A DNA stretch of 64,000 nucleotides. Origin: Leucoraja ocellata. Its lineage: Eukaryota. The number at the start of each line of letters is the position of its first letter. Position 1 is the first letter of the stretch. Positions 1-13,500 of this stretch are shown here, piece by piece. The notes under the pieces were generated by a model. That model was not told the origin of the DNA and ran no database searches. It saw only the letters and a program-made list of their open reading frames with translations. Location of the stretch: the NCBI GenBank assembly GCA_036785375.1, contig JAWMAR010000193.1:4092001-4156000 (forward strand), written 5' to 3'. A program made the position numbers and the translations under genes.

Positions 1-284
1 AGATTAGTCAGAGTGTGAAGTCTTCCTTGCATTTGGTTTAGAAAAAAAGCACTTCATGATGTTCATTCAGTGGGCACATTTAGATCCGCCCAAATAATAT
101 GCAGGAGCCGCTTACCCTTCCTGCCCTCCAACCCCTTTGAAACTAGAGGACATGTGCAAGTGTGTGTATGTGTGAGTCTGTGTGTGTCTTACATGTGTCC
201 ACATCTTTACATGTGTGGAGTTGTTGCACGTTGCTTTGCTGAACAGTAGCTGTTGCTAGCTACAGTATAGAGAAACATGCGCGT

Positions 285-293
285 ACACACACA

Positions 294-331
<38 letters not shown>
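285..331. repeat. (CA)n microsatellite
   Basis: About 23 AC units with one interruption. Confidence 0.97.
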
Positions 332-332
<1 letters not shown>

Positions 333-1956
333 CTGTGGCTGGCAGGAAGGAGTTGTCTTCAGTAATTAATGTAATGAAATATTCATCTGCACTACCTTTT
401 CAGTAGTCTCACAATTAGGCTGTAACACTTAATGTCTGCACTGCCTCCGTTTTTATTATAATGGCAGGTTTTGCATCCGCAATTAGGACTTATACTGACA
501 GTTACAATTTCCAAGGGATGGTAAACAGCATGGTGTATGAGAAGCGTAATCCACGTGCAAAGCCCCCATCTCTTTAACCTTGTTGTTTTTTGTGCAGAGG
601 TTACCTTTTCCCGACAGTGCAAAATCGACTTGACATAACTGTTCATCAGTTTCAAGGTTCTCCCTCGAGGTATTTACATCAAATCAGCCCAGTCAAGCTT
701 CAAGTTGAAATTGGCAGCCCAGAAACTGACAGGTTGGGACTGGGAAAGAGACAGCACATAGGCAGCGAATTGACAGCAGCAGGGTGAAAGAGACAAAGCT
801 TCTCGGCTTCTGTGGAAAAAAAGATCAGCCCTAACAGTGCAGGTCAGCAGCGACACAAGGCACTTCATCAGTGCTAGTGTGTGGTTGTATGCTTTTAGTT
901 TGGGGATATGGGGTTGCATAGGGGTGCGAGATTGAAGGCAATGAAGCTAAAAACATAGCAATCCAGAGGTTGAAAACAGAAAGGCATTTGTAGATTATAA
1001 ACCCAGTTCTAAAGTTAAAGTGAAGGCTTGTGAATTTATTTTTCTTCTGGTTTGGTATGAGAGGCTATTAAAAACGTTTTTAAATTATCATTCATTATAA
1101 ATAAATGTGTTTCTTCCTTTGATAGCTTACTGATGTACTGATTGCTAGGGATATCTAAAGAGCAGCAAAGCGCCCTGCTTAACCTCAACTAGTGCCACCA
1201 TAAAAGTTATTTGAACAGAAAGATAAATGGCGCAAGTAGATCTCATTTAGTTAAGTGATGTCTGTGGGGCGGAAATAGTCTACCACAGTTTTATCAGACT
1301 TCCAAAAAATTAGCATCATACACCTTTCTAAAATAAAAGCCGGTAAATTGGAAAGGAAATAAAAGCACAGCCGAAGGTGTCCACTGTGATTCAAAGGAAA
1401 TAAACAGCAGCCTTTAATTCTCCGCCGAGACACAATGGAAAGTTTTGGGTGTGTTGTGAAGAAAAAGTGCACAGACCCCCTCAGTTTCTGAATAGTTCTT
1501 TTATAGTGCCTGGGCAGTCGAATAGCTGAAAAAATGTCTGTCCTGTGTCCATTCAAGTAATAAAGGTTCACCTTATAAGTTAAACGTTCTTTGAAATACT
1601 TTTCTTCAGCTCCACATTTGACAGACGCTGGGCACGTATTGATGCTTTTTCGACAGGCAGTGTTGAGTTAAAGTGGTGTGACCAGAGAGTTTTGTTAAGC
1701 TGTGAACAAAAGATTGGAGATGCCTCACTGGCATTGTCCACGCATATATGGGCCTTGTCACAGTTTTACTTGATTTAATGCTCTGGATATTCTTATCTGT
1801 GGTTTGGACCTTTTTTTTCCAAGGTGCAGGCAAGGAACTCTGTAACCAGACTGTACGGACTGAAGGATTGTTTTCTATGTGTCTGTGAGAGACGGAATTA
1901 TAGTTCCCCTCAGGTTGTTGTTTTAAAAAGAAGTGTTTGCCATGAGATTTAAATGT

Positions 1957-1974
1957 GGGGGGGGGGGGGGGGGG
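1957..1974. repeat. poly-G run (G18)
   Basis: 18 consecutive G. Confidence 0.95.
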
Positions 1975-3337
1975 CGCTTCACAGAGGTAGTCAAGGGAGC
2001 GTCTCTTGTCTGAAAAGCATGCACGGCAGGTCAGGGTGCGAATTTGCAGGGAGCCACAGCCAGTGCAAAGTCCCCAGAACAGGTACTTTGTTCCCTGTCA
2101 AAAATCAAAAGCCATACCAGTTATGAAAAGGTTGGTGGCATTATGTTAAGTCATGACAGCTACAGTTGTCATAGTTTCCACAGCTTCACATTATTGTGAA
2201 TATCCCCAGAGAGGTCATGACACCTTCATCTCCCCTTCAAATTCAAATGCTTACCCCACCCCCACCTCCTTGAAAGTTTTCCAGAATTTGAAATAGTTTG
2301 CCATCCATGTAAAGTATTAGATCAACAGAAGTTATTATCTCTTGAGGAAGAATAGTCTGTGCTATGTTTGATGCTCCAGCCATAGCTGATCCAATATTCA
2401 AGAGGTTCTCTGTCCAATTATATTATTTGCATGCTTTTATTGCTTCTGTGGGTTATGGGTGTCATTAATTATAGAGGGAGTAAGAGAAAACACTGGACTG
2501 TAAAAGATAGAAATGTGAAGAAGCACATGGAAACCAGAATAAAAGTGATACATGTAAACAGATCCACTCATGGATAGGGTAGAGACACTTATAGATACAC
2601 ACTGTGGCAGAGATAACATGTATATAAAAACACAGATATATATGCACAGGTTCTGACATCCACATCTAAAAATACATCTCCTTACTTGTTACTGACATTG
2701 TCATCGGAGATTACTCTTCACGAATACATATATTTGTTTAATACTCGCAACAAACATGATTTATTCTTGGAGGAAGGGATTTAACTTTGGGCCTCTAAAA
2801 GCAGAACAGCTTAATGATTTGAAATGTCTTGGCTCCAGAGTGGAAAATATCATCTGTTAGGGGAAGCCATTTCTTTGCCACCATTCACCCCTTCCGATAG
2901 CAATGACCTGCTTGAACAAATTCTTGATCGTAAATAACAAACAATGAAAAATCAATACTGATAAAAATGCCATGACTATTAATCCACAGTGTAAAAGTTG
3001 CCAAAGTGTCAAATATAATGTTAAGAAAAAAGTTCCTTCCTTCAATCATTGGTGTATAAGCATCCCCAAGGCATTTAGATAAGGTTGTCACAAGTCTGAT
3101 TTGAATCCTCAGCTCTTCCCAGTCCCATCTCCTTTGTTGAATATTTTGGATGGATACAATCGTACTCCATTCCTCAATTTGAGCGGTGGTAGAAATCAAA
3201 TTTGATTTAAATCAGATGATTCAAGTTGAATTTGTGCTCCCATTACAAGCCAGGCATGAACAACATGACACCGTTTGTGGCCATATGGTCCAGTTGTCAG
3301 AACCCTGCGATGTGCAAATAGGTTCCTGGTCTGAGCC

Positions 3338-3462
3338 AAGAGTCTCGACCTGAAACATCACCCATTCCTTCTCTCCGGAGATGCTGCCTGTCCTGCTGAG
3401 TTATTGCAGCATTTTGTGTCTACCTCCGATTTAAACCAGCATCTGCAGTTCTTTCCTACACA
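3338..3462 (+). mobile_element. Penelope-like element terminal (pLTR) fragment
   Basis: gtctcgacctgaaacatcacccattccttctctccggagatgctgcctg...ccagcatctgcagttctttcctaca; same unit as that attached to the GIY-YIG fragment at 10063-10591. Confidence 0.8.
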
Positions 3463-6400
3463 ACGTTTAACGATTCCTTCTTTTAAAAATAAATGTGCAG
3501 GCGCACTGTCAGAGTCTGGTTTATTCCTCTCCATGTAGCTCACTCTTACTCTGAGGTGGTTGAAACGAAAATGTTGACATCAAAAACGTTTGGCCGTTTG
3601 TACTGTCAGTTATATTTTCTCAAGTGGATTGACTGACACGTGGAGCAGGGAATAGCATCAAGAGCAGTACCAACTCTGATCTGTGGTTTGTCTGCATTGA
3701 TTTTACTTTACTGGCCTGAGAATGGGGGACAGGTTTGTTCATTGTGTCTTGTGGTTAACCAGGCACTTCAGTAGGTTATCTTGACACTAACTTGCCCACT
3801 TCAGTGTACCCTCAGTGTCCATGAAGTGGTAAGCTCATCTGCTTGCATAAAGGTTCTACTTAACATATATCATATACAAAGATACCAGATGTCTGGCAGT
3901 GAAGTTATAAGCCTCAGTCCAATGGTTCCAATGGCATGAATTGGAGAGTTAAATTCAAGTGGTTAATGAAAGCCTTCTTCATATTGCTCAGATTCATTGC
4001 CAGCTGTTCATTTGTGTTCACTAGGTTTAATAGTCTACTTTTGCTTACACCTTTCAATCACAATTTCTTGATGCAGTCTGCGACTTAATGTCAACGCACC
4101 TTCATTCTAAATACATAATATCTCCTCGATGGCAATCATCTTTCCGGTCTGTCGCATGGTTTTTCCATGTCGCATTAGTTTTAGTATAGCATCAACATCT
4201 CCCCTCACTAATACTTGTTCCATTGACTGCCCTTATGCATTGCACACACCATGTTGATCCACAATAATAAAATGTCACACAAAGAATATAGTTTTAATGA
4301 CTTTAACATTCATGTGCAGCAAAGCTGATGGTGAAAATAGACATCGATCTTATTTAATTGTAAATGGAGCCGTGATACACGCACAAACCATTCAATTTGG
4401 AACAAGCTACATAAAAAGCAATTCTGCAATATTTCTAAACTTTTACCACCGACAACAATTGGGATCTACTTATTTTTTTCGACAAGGTTTAATATTTTCT
4501 CCCTCATGGCGGAATGACACTATTATATTAAGATTTTTTTTTAATACAGAGAAGTAATGGATTCTGTTTGAAATGGTGCAGTGGTTGTTGAAATTGTCCG
4601 GCATTACTTTGGTGATAATGTTCGAATTATCTCTAAAAAGTGTGATGATTAATATTTTCTAAAGTGCCTGATAAGTGGACAAAGTGGAATATGACACTTT
4701 CTTTCTTAAACTAGCATAAGACATCCAAAGGATGTGTATCAGTATTGAAATGTTGATTTTGAAATTATAATTTCTTCTGTTAGGATAATCTCTCTGCTGT
4801 AAAGTAATTTCTACGTGCCATTAGTTATGGCCTCCCTGATGTATTTTTCCAAGCTGGTCTACTCTACCTTCCCATGTGAAATGTCTGCATTCCTGGTATT
4901 CTCTCCAGCTAAGTTTGTTTAAACTGACTTAGCTCATTGAATCTTGGTCACCCCTGATGCTAATATTTTTGTCATTTAACAGCTTTGAGGATTATTAGTT
5001 GAAAAGTTTTGGAGTTAAGAATGGAATTGGAAACAAAGGGCCTTTAATTATAGCTTCTGTTTAATTTTGGTTTTTTTTTAATGCTGTTTGAGGAAAATGT
5101 GCCTGATTTGCAGGTACATCTCAAGGAGAGGTTAAAAAATAGTCATCAGAACAAGAAAGAACTGTATAATCTTCATAGAATTCAAATTAAATATACAGTT
5201 TAGTTATGTGGAAATGAATACAGAAGTCAAATTAAATTGTGACCGCAAAAACCCGCTTTGTGTGAATTAATGTGTATTTTGATGTTTTAATTATTTTTTA
5301 CATTATTACTTCCTTTATTTAGTAATGAGGCAAGGTTAATTAATAATAATTATAAAAAGAGTAACTCATTCCCGGGAAGGTTATAATAAAGTAATTATAA
5401 ATTAAAAATGGAATGTTGTAGTTTTACTTTATGATATAGGTAATGTGAAATAAAATAATGTCAGCAAAACAAAAACTCTTTCATTTGCAATATAATTGCT
5501 TCTGTAAACCCATCTTCAATACAATTGATCATAGTTAGCATCTCTACCTTTGCATCAATAATATCTTGACCAAATAAGAAACCAGGTGCAAGTATATTTT
5601 TAAGTAAAATTGCAATTAGCATTGAAAATTGAGAAATTGTCTGCAGAGATTGCTCTTAATTTCAGTCAGTGACAACATAATTTATCCCCCTCAAACACAA
5701 CATACTGCTTAAATGAACAATTACCTCCTTCTCCACGTGCAGTCTGCAGGTGAAAGTGTTTGCTAAATATTTAAGCAATGTGAGGATGTTTTCTCACATT
5801 GAATTTCATCTAAGACTTGGAATAGACTCCTGCTGCATTAAATGCAAGCTGGGAGCTGGCTTAATAGTTTCTGCTTACAGGTGTATAAATAGATAAAGTT
5901 TTCCTTCTCTGAAAGAAATTAAGAACCTTGTGTTATGATTACTGCACTGGAATTTAACTTATTGTGGCAATTTGCACCTGAATAAGTGATTAAATTTGTT
6001 CCGCAGGCTTGCAGGATTTGAACCTGCATATTTCCAGCATTGGCGCTCCATTTGTAAATGGCATTAGAAATAAGTAACGCGTGATTTATGCACGCTTTGG
6101 TCTTTTGCTATTCTGCTGCTGTAAATCTGATTGCAAACAGAACCTCAGTGTTGAATGGCTTTAATGAAATAATGTGAAATGTAAGGTAGATTTGCCCTTA
6201 CAATAGATGGCTGTGATTACAATTATATTTTGGATTGAAGAGAGGGCGAGAAGAAAACTTCTTTCAGCCCGTTGCAACTGTAGGCAATGTCATTTGCACA
6301 TTGACGTACATTTATGTATGTCGAACTGACCAAGTCCAGTCCAGTACATATGGATGGTTAGAATTTAATACCATGCTTAATAAAACACATTAGAACAGTT

Positions 6401-6644
6401 TTTGGTTGGTTCCACTTGAGACATTACTACAGTGCCCGTGATTTGTTTCAAATACCACAGTTAACTGTACATTCTACATAAATGATACATTTATGAAGTA
6501 TACATTCTACTTAAATAGCATGATTATGCAATATATGAATGTATGATTTTGTACATGTGGTTGTGATGTGGTTTAAGTCAGAAATTCTAAATTGTGATCT
6601 GTAATTCAATATTGGTACTTATACAGTGTTTACTATTTTCCTCT

Positions 6645-6790
6645 TCCTCCAATTTTCTCCCCAGACTTTTCCTCTCCTGAATGTAAAGACTCATGCTAGG
6701 GGACAGTTCTATTAAGTTCAGATGACCCTCTGGTACTTCCCCCAAGTGGTCTTACAGGTGGTCTGTACAAGTGTGTATGATTATCTAGTA
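6645..6790 (-). mobile_element. old elasmobranch SINE-like repeat, 3' fragment
   Basis: Resembles the tail of a dispersed shark/ray SINE; related pieces at 30410, 35445 and 52990. Family recognised from memory only. Confidence 0.45.
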
Positions 6791-7500
6791 ACTATTTAAA
6801 AGGACGTGTTTGTACTGAATGCATCAATTTAAAAGGATGTTTATGTAGTAACTGTGCTCTACCTAAATGGATGTCTTCCTGCAATATGCAATCTATTTAA
6901 ATATTTATACATAGTGTGCTCTACCTGAATATGTTAGTTTATGTGATAGCCGTGCTTTATTTTAATCAACGCAGTTATACTTTACACGTTGTATTTTATT
7001 GCACCCATTTACGCAGGATATGCTCAAAGTAAATATGTTAATATAATATGAGCACTATTTGTTCTGTTTAAAGGGAAATTTTTGTGCAGATGTGTTTGAC
7101 ATGGAGATGATTATATAGTATATGCACTTTTCTTAAACGGGACCATTTATTTTGCATTGTCTATATAAAGAAATACATTTAGCTAGTGCATGCTCTATTT
7201 AAGTCAGCATGTTTATATAATACATGCTCTATTTAGGAGGACACATTTACTCAGCATGCGCTGTATTTTAATATGATTTTTTTTCTGCTTTATGTGCTCT
7301 ATTGAATACAATGGTTTGTACTGTACCTGCAATTACATTTGAATGGATACATTTATACAGTATATATTCAAGTTAAATAAATTTACTCTTACAATGCCTG
7401 TGCTCAGATTAGATCAACACATGGATAGGTGTATGATTTGTTTCAATAAAATAACTACATAGCTCTCGTTTTCTATTTAAGTGGATTAATTTGTAGTATT
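6785..7500. repeat. degenerate ~34-bp minisatellite
   Basis: TGCTCTATTT-like anchors at 6855, 6889, 6917, 6953, 6987, 7021, 7157, 7191, 7225, 7259, 7295 (mostly 34-bp spacing). Confidence 0.75.
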
Positions 7501-7642
7501 TTTTGTTGATTAAATTGGACAATAAATTTGATGGGTTTTTCTATGTGATTCCAACACATATTTCCGTGTGCGGTTTGAAAAAGTGCGGTAAACACGTCCT
7601 TACCAGAATACACCAATTCAGACCCAATGGAAATATATTATG

Positions 7643-8682
7643 CACAAGAAAGTAGGAGAGGACTAGATGACTGGAACCGTCAAGCCTGCTCCACCATTTA
7701 ACCTGATCTATGCTGACGTCAACTTTCCGTCTGTGCCAGTTCCATGCAATTCCTTCATCTTTCAATACCAAAGGTTCACTATTCTCAGTAGAAATGTCTA
7801 TACATCTCAGTGTTAAATGACTAGCCCCTTATTTTGCAGCATTATTCCCTTATTTGTGACTCACCCACACATGAAAGCATTTCAATGTATTCCCTGCCAT
7901 GGCCCCCAAGGATCTTGTATGTTCGAATAAGGTCTCTCCTCATCCTTTTAAACTCTAGGGAATACAGATCCAAACCCGACTTGTCTCTCTTGATAGGACC
8001 TCCTCTTTTCCCAGGAATTAGCCAGGTGAATCTCCTTAGTACTGCCTTCATTGTTACTACATCCTGTTTTAGGGTAGGGGACCAAAACGATGCACAGTAT
8101 TCCAGGTGCGGCCTCAACAACACCTTGTACAACTGTAGCAAAAACGTCTATTATTAAACTCCAAACATGCCGTTTGCCATCTTAACTATGTGTAGGACCT
8201 GCCCGCTAACGTTTTGTGATTCATACACTTGAATACCAAGGCCTCTCTGAAATTCACTCATTTGCAGACTCTCGCCATCTAGATAATCGCCCTTTGAAGT
8301 GCATGACCTCACGCTTACAAAGATTAAACTCAATTTGTTAGCTTTTACCTAATCGCTCAATCTATCTACATCCCGTCACAGCATTTCAATGTTCCCATCA
8401 CAACATGCCTTTCCGCCTTTTTTCATCTCATCGACAAACTTGGAAACCCTACACTTTGTTCCCTCCTCCAGGTCATTTGGTAATGGTAAATAATTGGGGA
8501 CTAAGAACTATTCCCTGGGCTACCACACAAGTTAGATCCCTCCACCCTAAAAAGGACCCATTTGCTCCAACTCATTTTCTACATGACAGCCAATTGTAAG
8601 TCCATGATAACATATTTTCTCCAATACTCGGGCTCTTAATTAAAGGACCAACTTTATACTGTACGTGGCACCTTGTCAAATG
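7643..8682 (-). mobile_element. CR1-clade LINE 3' fragment (RT C-terminus + 3' UTR), degenerate
   Basis: ORF 7842..8141 LYKVLLRPHLEYCASFWSP...LYSLEFKRMRRDLIRTYKIL is a typical CR1 ORF2 C-terminus; CR1-type tail near 7643. Confidence 0.92.
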
Positions 8683-10062
8683 TCAAGGGGCTTTTTTCCG
8701 ATTATGTCCAGGAAGATTTTTATAATATATTATAAACTACTAAAACATATTGGGTGCAAAATAAATGAAAGAGACATTAATTCAGTCATAATACTGATGT
8801 CTTTGATAGCTCTTGTAAGTGCTTGAATGATCACAATCTGTCCATTTTCCTTGAGAAAGAATCAAAAGTTGGAAATAAAAAAACAGGTGAAATAATCTGC
8901 ACTTCATCTCGCATTAGATAATTGGCTACCAGGAATTAATTGTCTTGAGAAAGAGAGAGCTACAAATGACATGATAATAACTTCTGATGAATTGTAAGAT
9001 TTTGCTTGAGTTTTGCTTGAGTTTTGCTGAGCTTTTTAAAATCTAACTTCTGGAATGCGCGGTGTGACAGAGATAATGTTTGAATTATGCTTTTTATAAT
9101 GTAAGACTCAAAACCAAGACCTACATAGGAAAAAAAAACAATCTAACCCCCAAGGAGTTAGTTCAGCTGTGGACTTCAGCCTTGACACCGGTCTTGTTCC
9201 AAAAAACATAATGCAAAAATGATTCTTTCAAGAAGTTAAGGGGAAAAATTTCTGCTTGGGAAAACAAGGTCAATTTTGGTCTTTTTAGGTTTAATCAAAT
9301 CATGTACTAGTGTCAAACGGATCTCTTATTGTACTCAAAAATACAGATGTGCATTGACTATATGACATTCTATGACCTGTCACAAAGAAAGCGACTTTTA
9401 CAGCTAAGTGATGAATTGCCAGAGTTTTTATTTGGTCTAACAATGGATGTTTGTATTTTTCATTTGGCTGTGTCCTGGGACTGAAGATGCCTTGCTCTAT
9501 GGCATGCCGAACCTGGTTAATGTGCCACTTGTTATATTTATTGCTAACTGTAATATAGTGCACCTAATGCTTGTTCTTCGCGCTAAGCATGGAGCTGTTT
9601 TTTTTTATGCTTCCTTTATGCTTCATTGAGCCACTCCAGTGAGCAGGTTAGGCAATATTTCATAAGGTATTCTGGGATTTTGTGAACCTTTCAGGAAACA
9701 AATTGTAACAAGTTTAGTGTGAGTGAGCTGCCTGAAGACCACTGAAGTGAAGAAAATAAATACAGGAGATACTGGGAAACGTAACCTGGTACTTTCTGTT
9801 TGTGTTGTTAGCAGGTACGCTGATATACTCTGTTTTTTGCGTTGTATTTGCATGTGGCAAATTCCGAGTGTTGGTATCCCACAACTCATAATTCCTAAGT
9901 ATTATTTATTGTTCCATTAATAAAAAAAATTACTTAATTGTCCCTTTCCATTTCAACCAATGCTACAGTTACATAATCTTCTAGGATTTTTCCTGCACAC
10001 ATTTGAACCAGTGGTCTGGTTTCATGTGTCCCAGGACTATATCTGACCTATTGTAAGGGGGT

Positions 10063-10591
10063 AGACACAAAATGCTAACTCAGCGGGTGAGGCAGCATCT
10101 CTGGAGAGAAGGAATGGGCGACGTTTCGGGTCGAGACCCTTCTTCAGACTGATGTCAGGGGAGGGGGCGGGACAAAGATAGAATGTAGGCGGAGACAGTA
10201 AGACTAGTGGCAGAACTGGGAAGGAGAATGGGATGGAGAGAGAAAGCAAGGGCTATCTGAAGTTAGAGAAGTCAATGTTCATACCGCTAAGGTGTAAACT
10301 ACACAAGCGAAATATGAGATGCTGTTTCTCCAATTTGCGCTGGGCCTCACTCTGACAATGGAGGATGCCCAGAACAGAAAGGTCAGATTAGGAATGTGAG
10401 AGGGAGTTGAAGTGCTGACTCACCGGAAGATCAGGTAGGCTAAGACGGACTGAGCGGAGGTGTTCAGTGAAACGATCGCCGAGCCTGCGCTTGGTCTCGC
10501 CGATGTAGAAAAGTTGACATCTGGAACAGCGGATACAGTAGATGAGGTTGGAGGAGGTGCAAGTGAACCTCTGCCGCATTTGGAAAGACTG
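10063..10591 (-). mobile_element. Penelope-like retroelement 3' fragment (GIY-YIG endonuclease + pLTR), with TSD
   Basis: ORF 10388..10636 FTCTSSNLIYCIRCSRCQLFYIGETKRRLGDRFTEH is a Penelope GIY-YIG motif; 12-bp flanking duplication ttgtaagggggt (10051-10062) / ttgtaagagggt (10592-10603). Confidence 0.92.
10120..10147 (-). ncRNA. minimal type I hammerhead ribozyme-like motif (Penelope-associated)
   Basis: Minus strand CTGAAGA-A-GGGT(CTCG)ACCC-GAAA-CGTC: CUGANGA and GAAA core boxes, stem II, palindromic ACGT helix III, GUC site. Stem I is weak. Confidence 0.6.
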
Positions 10592-13500
10592 TTGTAAGAG
10601 GGTCTGCTCTTTCAGGGTTGAAGTAAATGTCTTCATTCATACAAGGTTGTGATTCTGTAATGTTCTCCATTTGTTTTCTGCAACTACTCCCTGCAATTTT
10701 ATTGTTTGCATTCTGCAAGCCCGCAGAAGGATGCGTGACTCACAGGAATAATGTCAATTTAATCTTTATTTGCACAAAACGTCTCTTCAGCCCCTTGAGA
10801 AGAAGGTATTGGCAGATATCAGTGATATTGTTGAAACTGAAGAAAAATGCAGAAAATAGATGCAAGGTTTTATAAAATTGCAATTGAGTAATTAGTTGCA
10901 GCTGGTATTGTTCCTCCCTCCTCCTTTTCTTGTACGTGGATTTCTGAAGATGACAACAACATAACACCTCACCCAGGTCTCCTATTTTTGTCCCGATAAA
11001 TGGGAGAAAATCAAAGGATAATTCAATTAATTTAAAATAAATTCTAAATAACAAGCACAATTTCATTAATTGGGTCCTTCTGCACAGTTCCTGATTAAAC
11101 TACCCTAGTAGGCAGTAGTACCTGCTAATTGAAGAAAGGGGAAGATTATTTATCTCCAGAGTGTTTAATGGGCTATCTTCATAGTGTTTTGGTTCTGGAT
11201 TGAATAATTTGGTAATATTTCTCTCTTGAGGGGGAAGGGAAAGGGAGGTATCGCTCTCAGCTCTTGAGCTGTCAGTTGGAAAACAATCCCTAATTTCAGC
11301 AAACACACTGTTTGCTTATACCCATATAATGTAACTTGCACGCCTAGGATATGCAGCAAATGGGAAAGCATGCATGGATTTCACAGGTAACAGGATTACG
11401 TGAGCATATAATTGATCCATGTGGGAAAAAAGACAGAGCTCCAAGTATGTGTATGCTTTGAAATTAGAGTTTATGCAATGGACATTCATATATTTGAAGC
11501 AATCAGCATGTGAGCTCTATCAGATCTATTTTGTAAAGAGAAATTGCGCACACTTGCAATATTTTTCTCTGCCCGAACCTTACTCACAGACAAGATCCAT
11601 TAGTATTGGTAGGGAAAATATCACTACGCTTTTGGAAAGCTTGGCAGAAGGCAATGTCAGGGGTTGGAGGTGGAGAGGAGTGGGGAGCATTGGCGGTGGT
11701 TAATCTTTCGGGCATGTATTTAGCCAATTTACACTGACTGGTAAATAATTAAACATATGTTCAGAAAGCATTAGTAACCACTGAGATCAAGGGCTATTTT
11801 GAACATTTGGTTATTTCTAGAAGGTGAGGGTAGTTTGTTGTGGGGTATTGCGAAAAACAAACTGGAATCTCTTGCCACCTCATTCACTCACCCAATAGGA
11901 CAAATAAAATATCTTCAAATGCAACAAGTATTAGTTCAGCCAATAAAGCTCCAGATTAGGGTGGAAAACTAGCTGGAACAATGAGTACCAAAAGTATCAA
12001 ACAACCCATATGAAGCAAACAAGTACAGAATGTGCATTGGAGTTAGCATCGCAATCAAACACAAAGCTGTCAAAGTTTAAATGTCCCCAGAGCTGCTTTG
12101 TGTTCTCTCATCTGACTACTGCATGTCAATGAAAGGAAAAGGTCCATTGCCTTATATTCTTAAGAGCTCTGGAAACTTGTCCATAATGATGGAGAGAGGC
12201 TTAAACCCGTAGTATATTGAACGGTAAAAAAGGAGCAAGGATTTGGAAGGAATTGCGTGTGATTTCATCTTGAACAAGAAAGCAAAAATTAACACCAACT
12301 ATACAAAACTACCAAAGGGGGAGCTAACTTTTAGAACCCCCCTCACTGCATTTTACACAAAGTTGTCCCTGCTAGTCTTTCATATACCTGCACCTGTACA
12401 TAAAACAAGTACTGGGTTAGAAAGCAGCTTAGTTCTGGGGCAAAACTATACATTACCAATCTAGTGAAGAAACTGCTTTACAGAGCATCACAATATTATG
12501 ACCTACTGCTGCGCTGTGATATGTAAAATCTGTTTCAATTTCTGCTGTTCTGACAATTTCACTTCATAAACCTCAGAAATAGTGAAGCCTTTTACTTGTT
12601 CAAATAAAATTTAATATTCTGAAAAGAAATAATTCCCATTGCAGTTAGAAGCATAGTGTTCTGGTAACTGATATATCATGACTTTGTAAAGAACTCATGC
12701 TGTGCAGATTTTCTGTCTTGCAAGCTAGACTTCTCTACATTCACATGCAGGCCAATTTGTAGAGATCAAAAATGGTTAGAGGCACATGTATTGCTATTCT
12801 TTTTCAGAGTATTATTCTTTTGAAATATGCCAGGATGCAATATAACTTTTTGAATCTGTGAGGAATCTCTGTTCTTCTATCGCCATTTTGTGCCTCTGCT
12901 AATTAGCCAATGTTTACCAGCTCTGTGCTGCAGCTCTGGCCTGAAAATCAACAAATTTTGTCGACAGTTTTCCTTAAACTATATAGATTTAATTAAAGAG
13001 TTGGACTGTTCCTAATATCCTTTGCTCTGTCTTTATGTGGTTGATGTACTGTCAACAAATTTGAACTTCAGAAACCACATGTATTTATTTTACCAATTTT
13101 CAAAGGTGACTGGAAACACTTATACGTTGACCTCCGATTGAACGGAAAGCATTGAAGAAAGCTTCCTTTTCTTGGATACCCAGTCTAACCCATTTCCTGG
13201 AGCATTCAGGAGCAAATTGTACCTGCTACTACTTTACAAAATCTATTTAAATTACAGGTCCAAGAATAAAAATTGGTCTCATCATAACGTCATAAATGGG
13301 TGTTCGGGTTTCTCCTCCTCAGGATTTCTGTAATATAGTTGTTGATGTTTCAAGTGCATCAAATGAAATACATTTTCGCAAGCATATGCAATGCCATTGC
13401 AACTAAAGGAAACCCATCTACAAAATCCTCCACCACACGTGTCATTGTGCAAGTCGAGCATATTATTTTAATCAGGAGCTACAGGTTCATAAAGAAGTGA

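Noticed and set aside
3193-3208. 16-bp perfect palindrome aaatcaaatttgattt
   Set aside because: AT-rich and isolated; plausible by chance in 64 kb.
6785-7500. CRISPR-like array
   Set aside because: The whole ~34-bp unit is degenerate, with no constant repeat plus unique spacer structure, no cas genes, and vertebrate context.
9000-9031. Short tandem duplications (also 39316-39342 and 40837-40870)
   Set aside because: Ordinary 2-3 copy slippage events.
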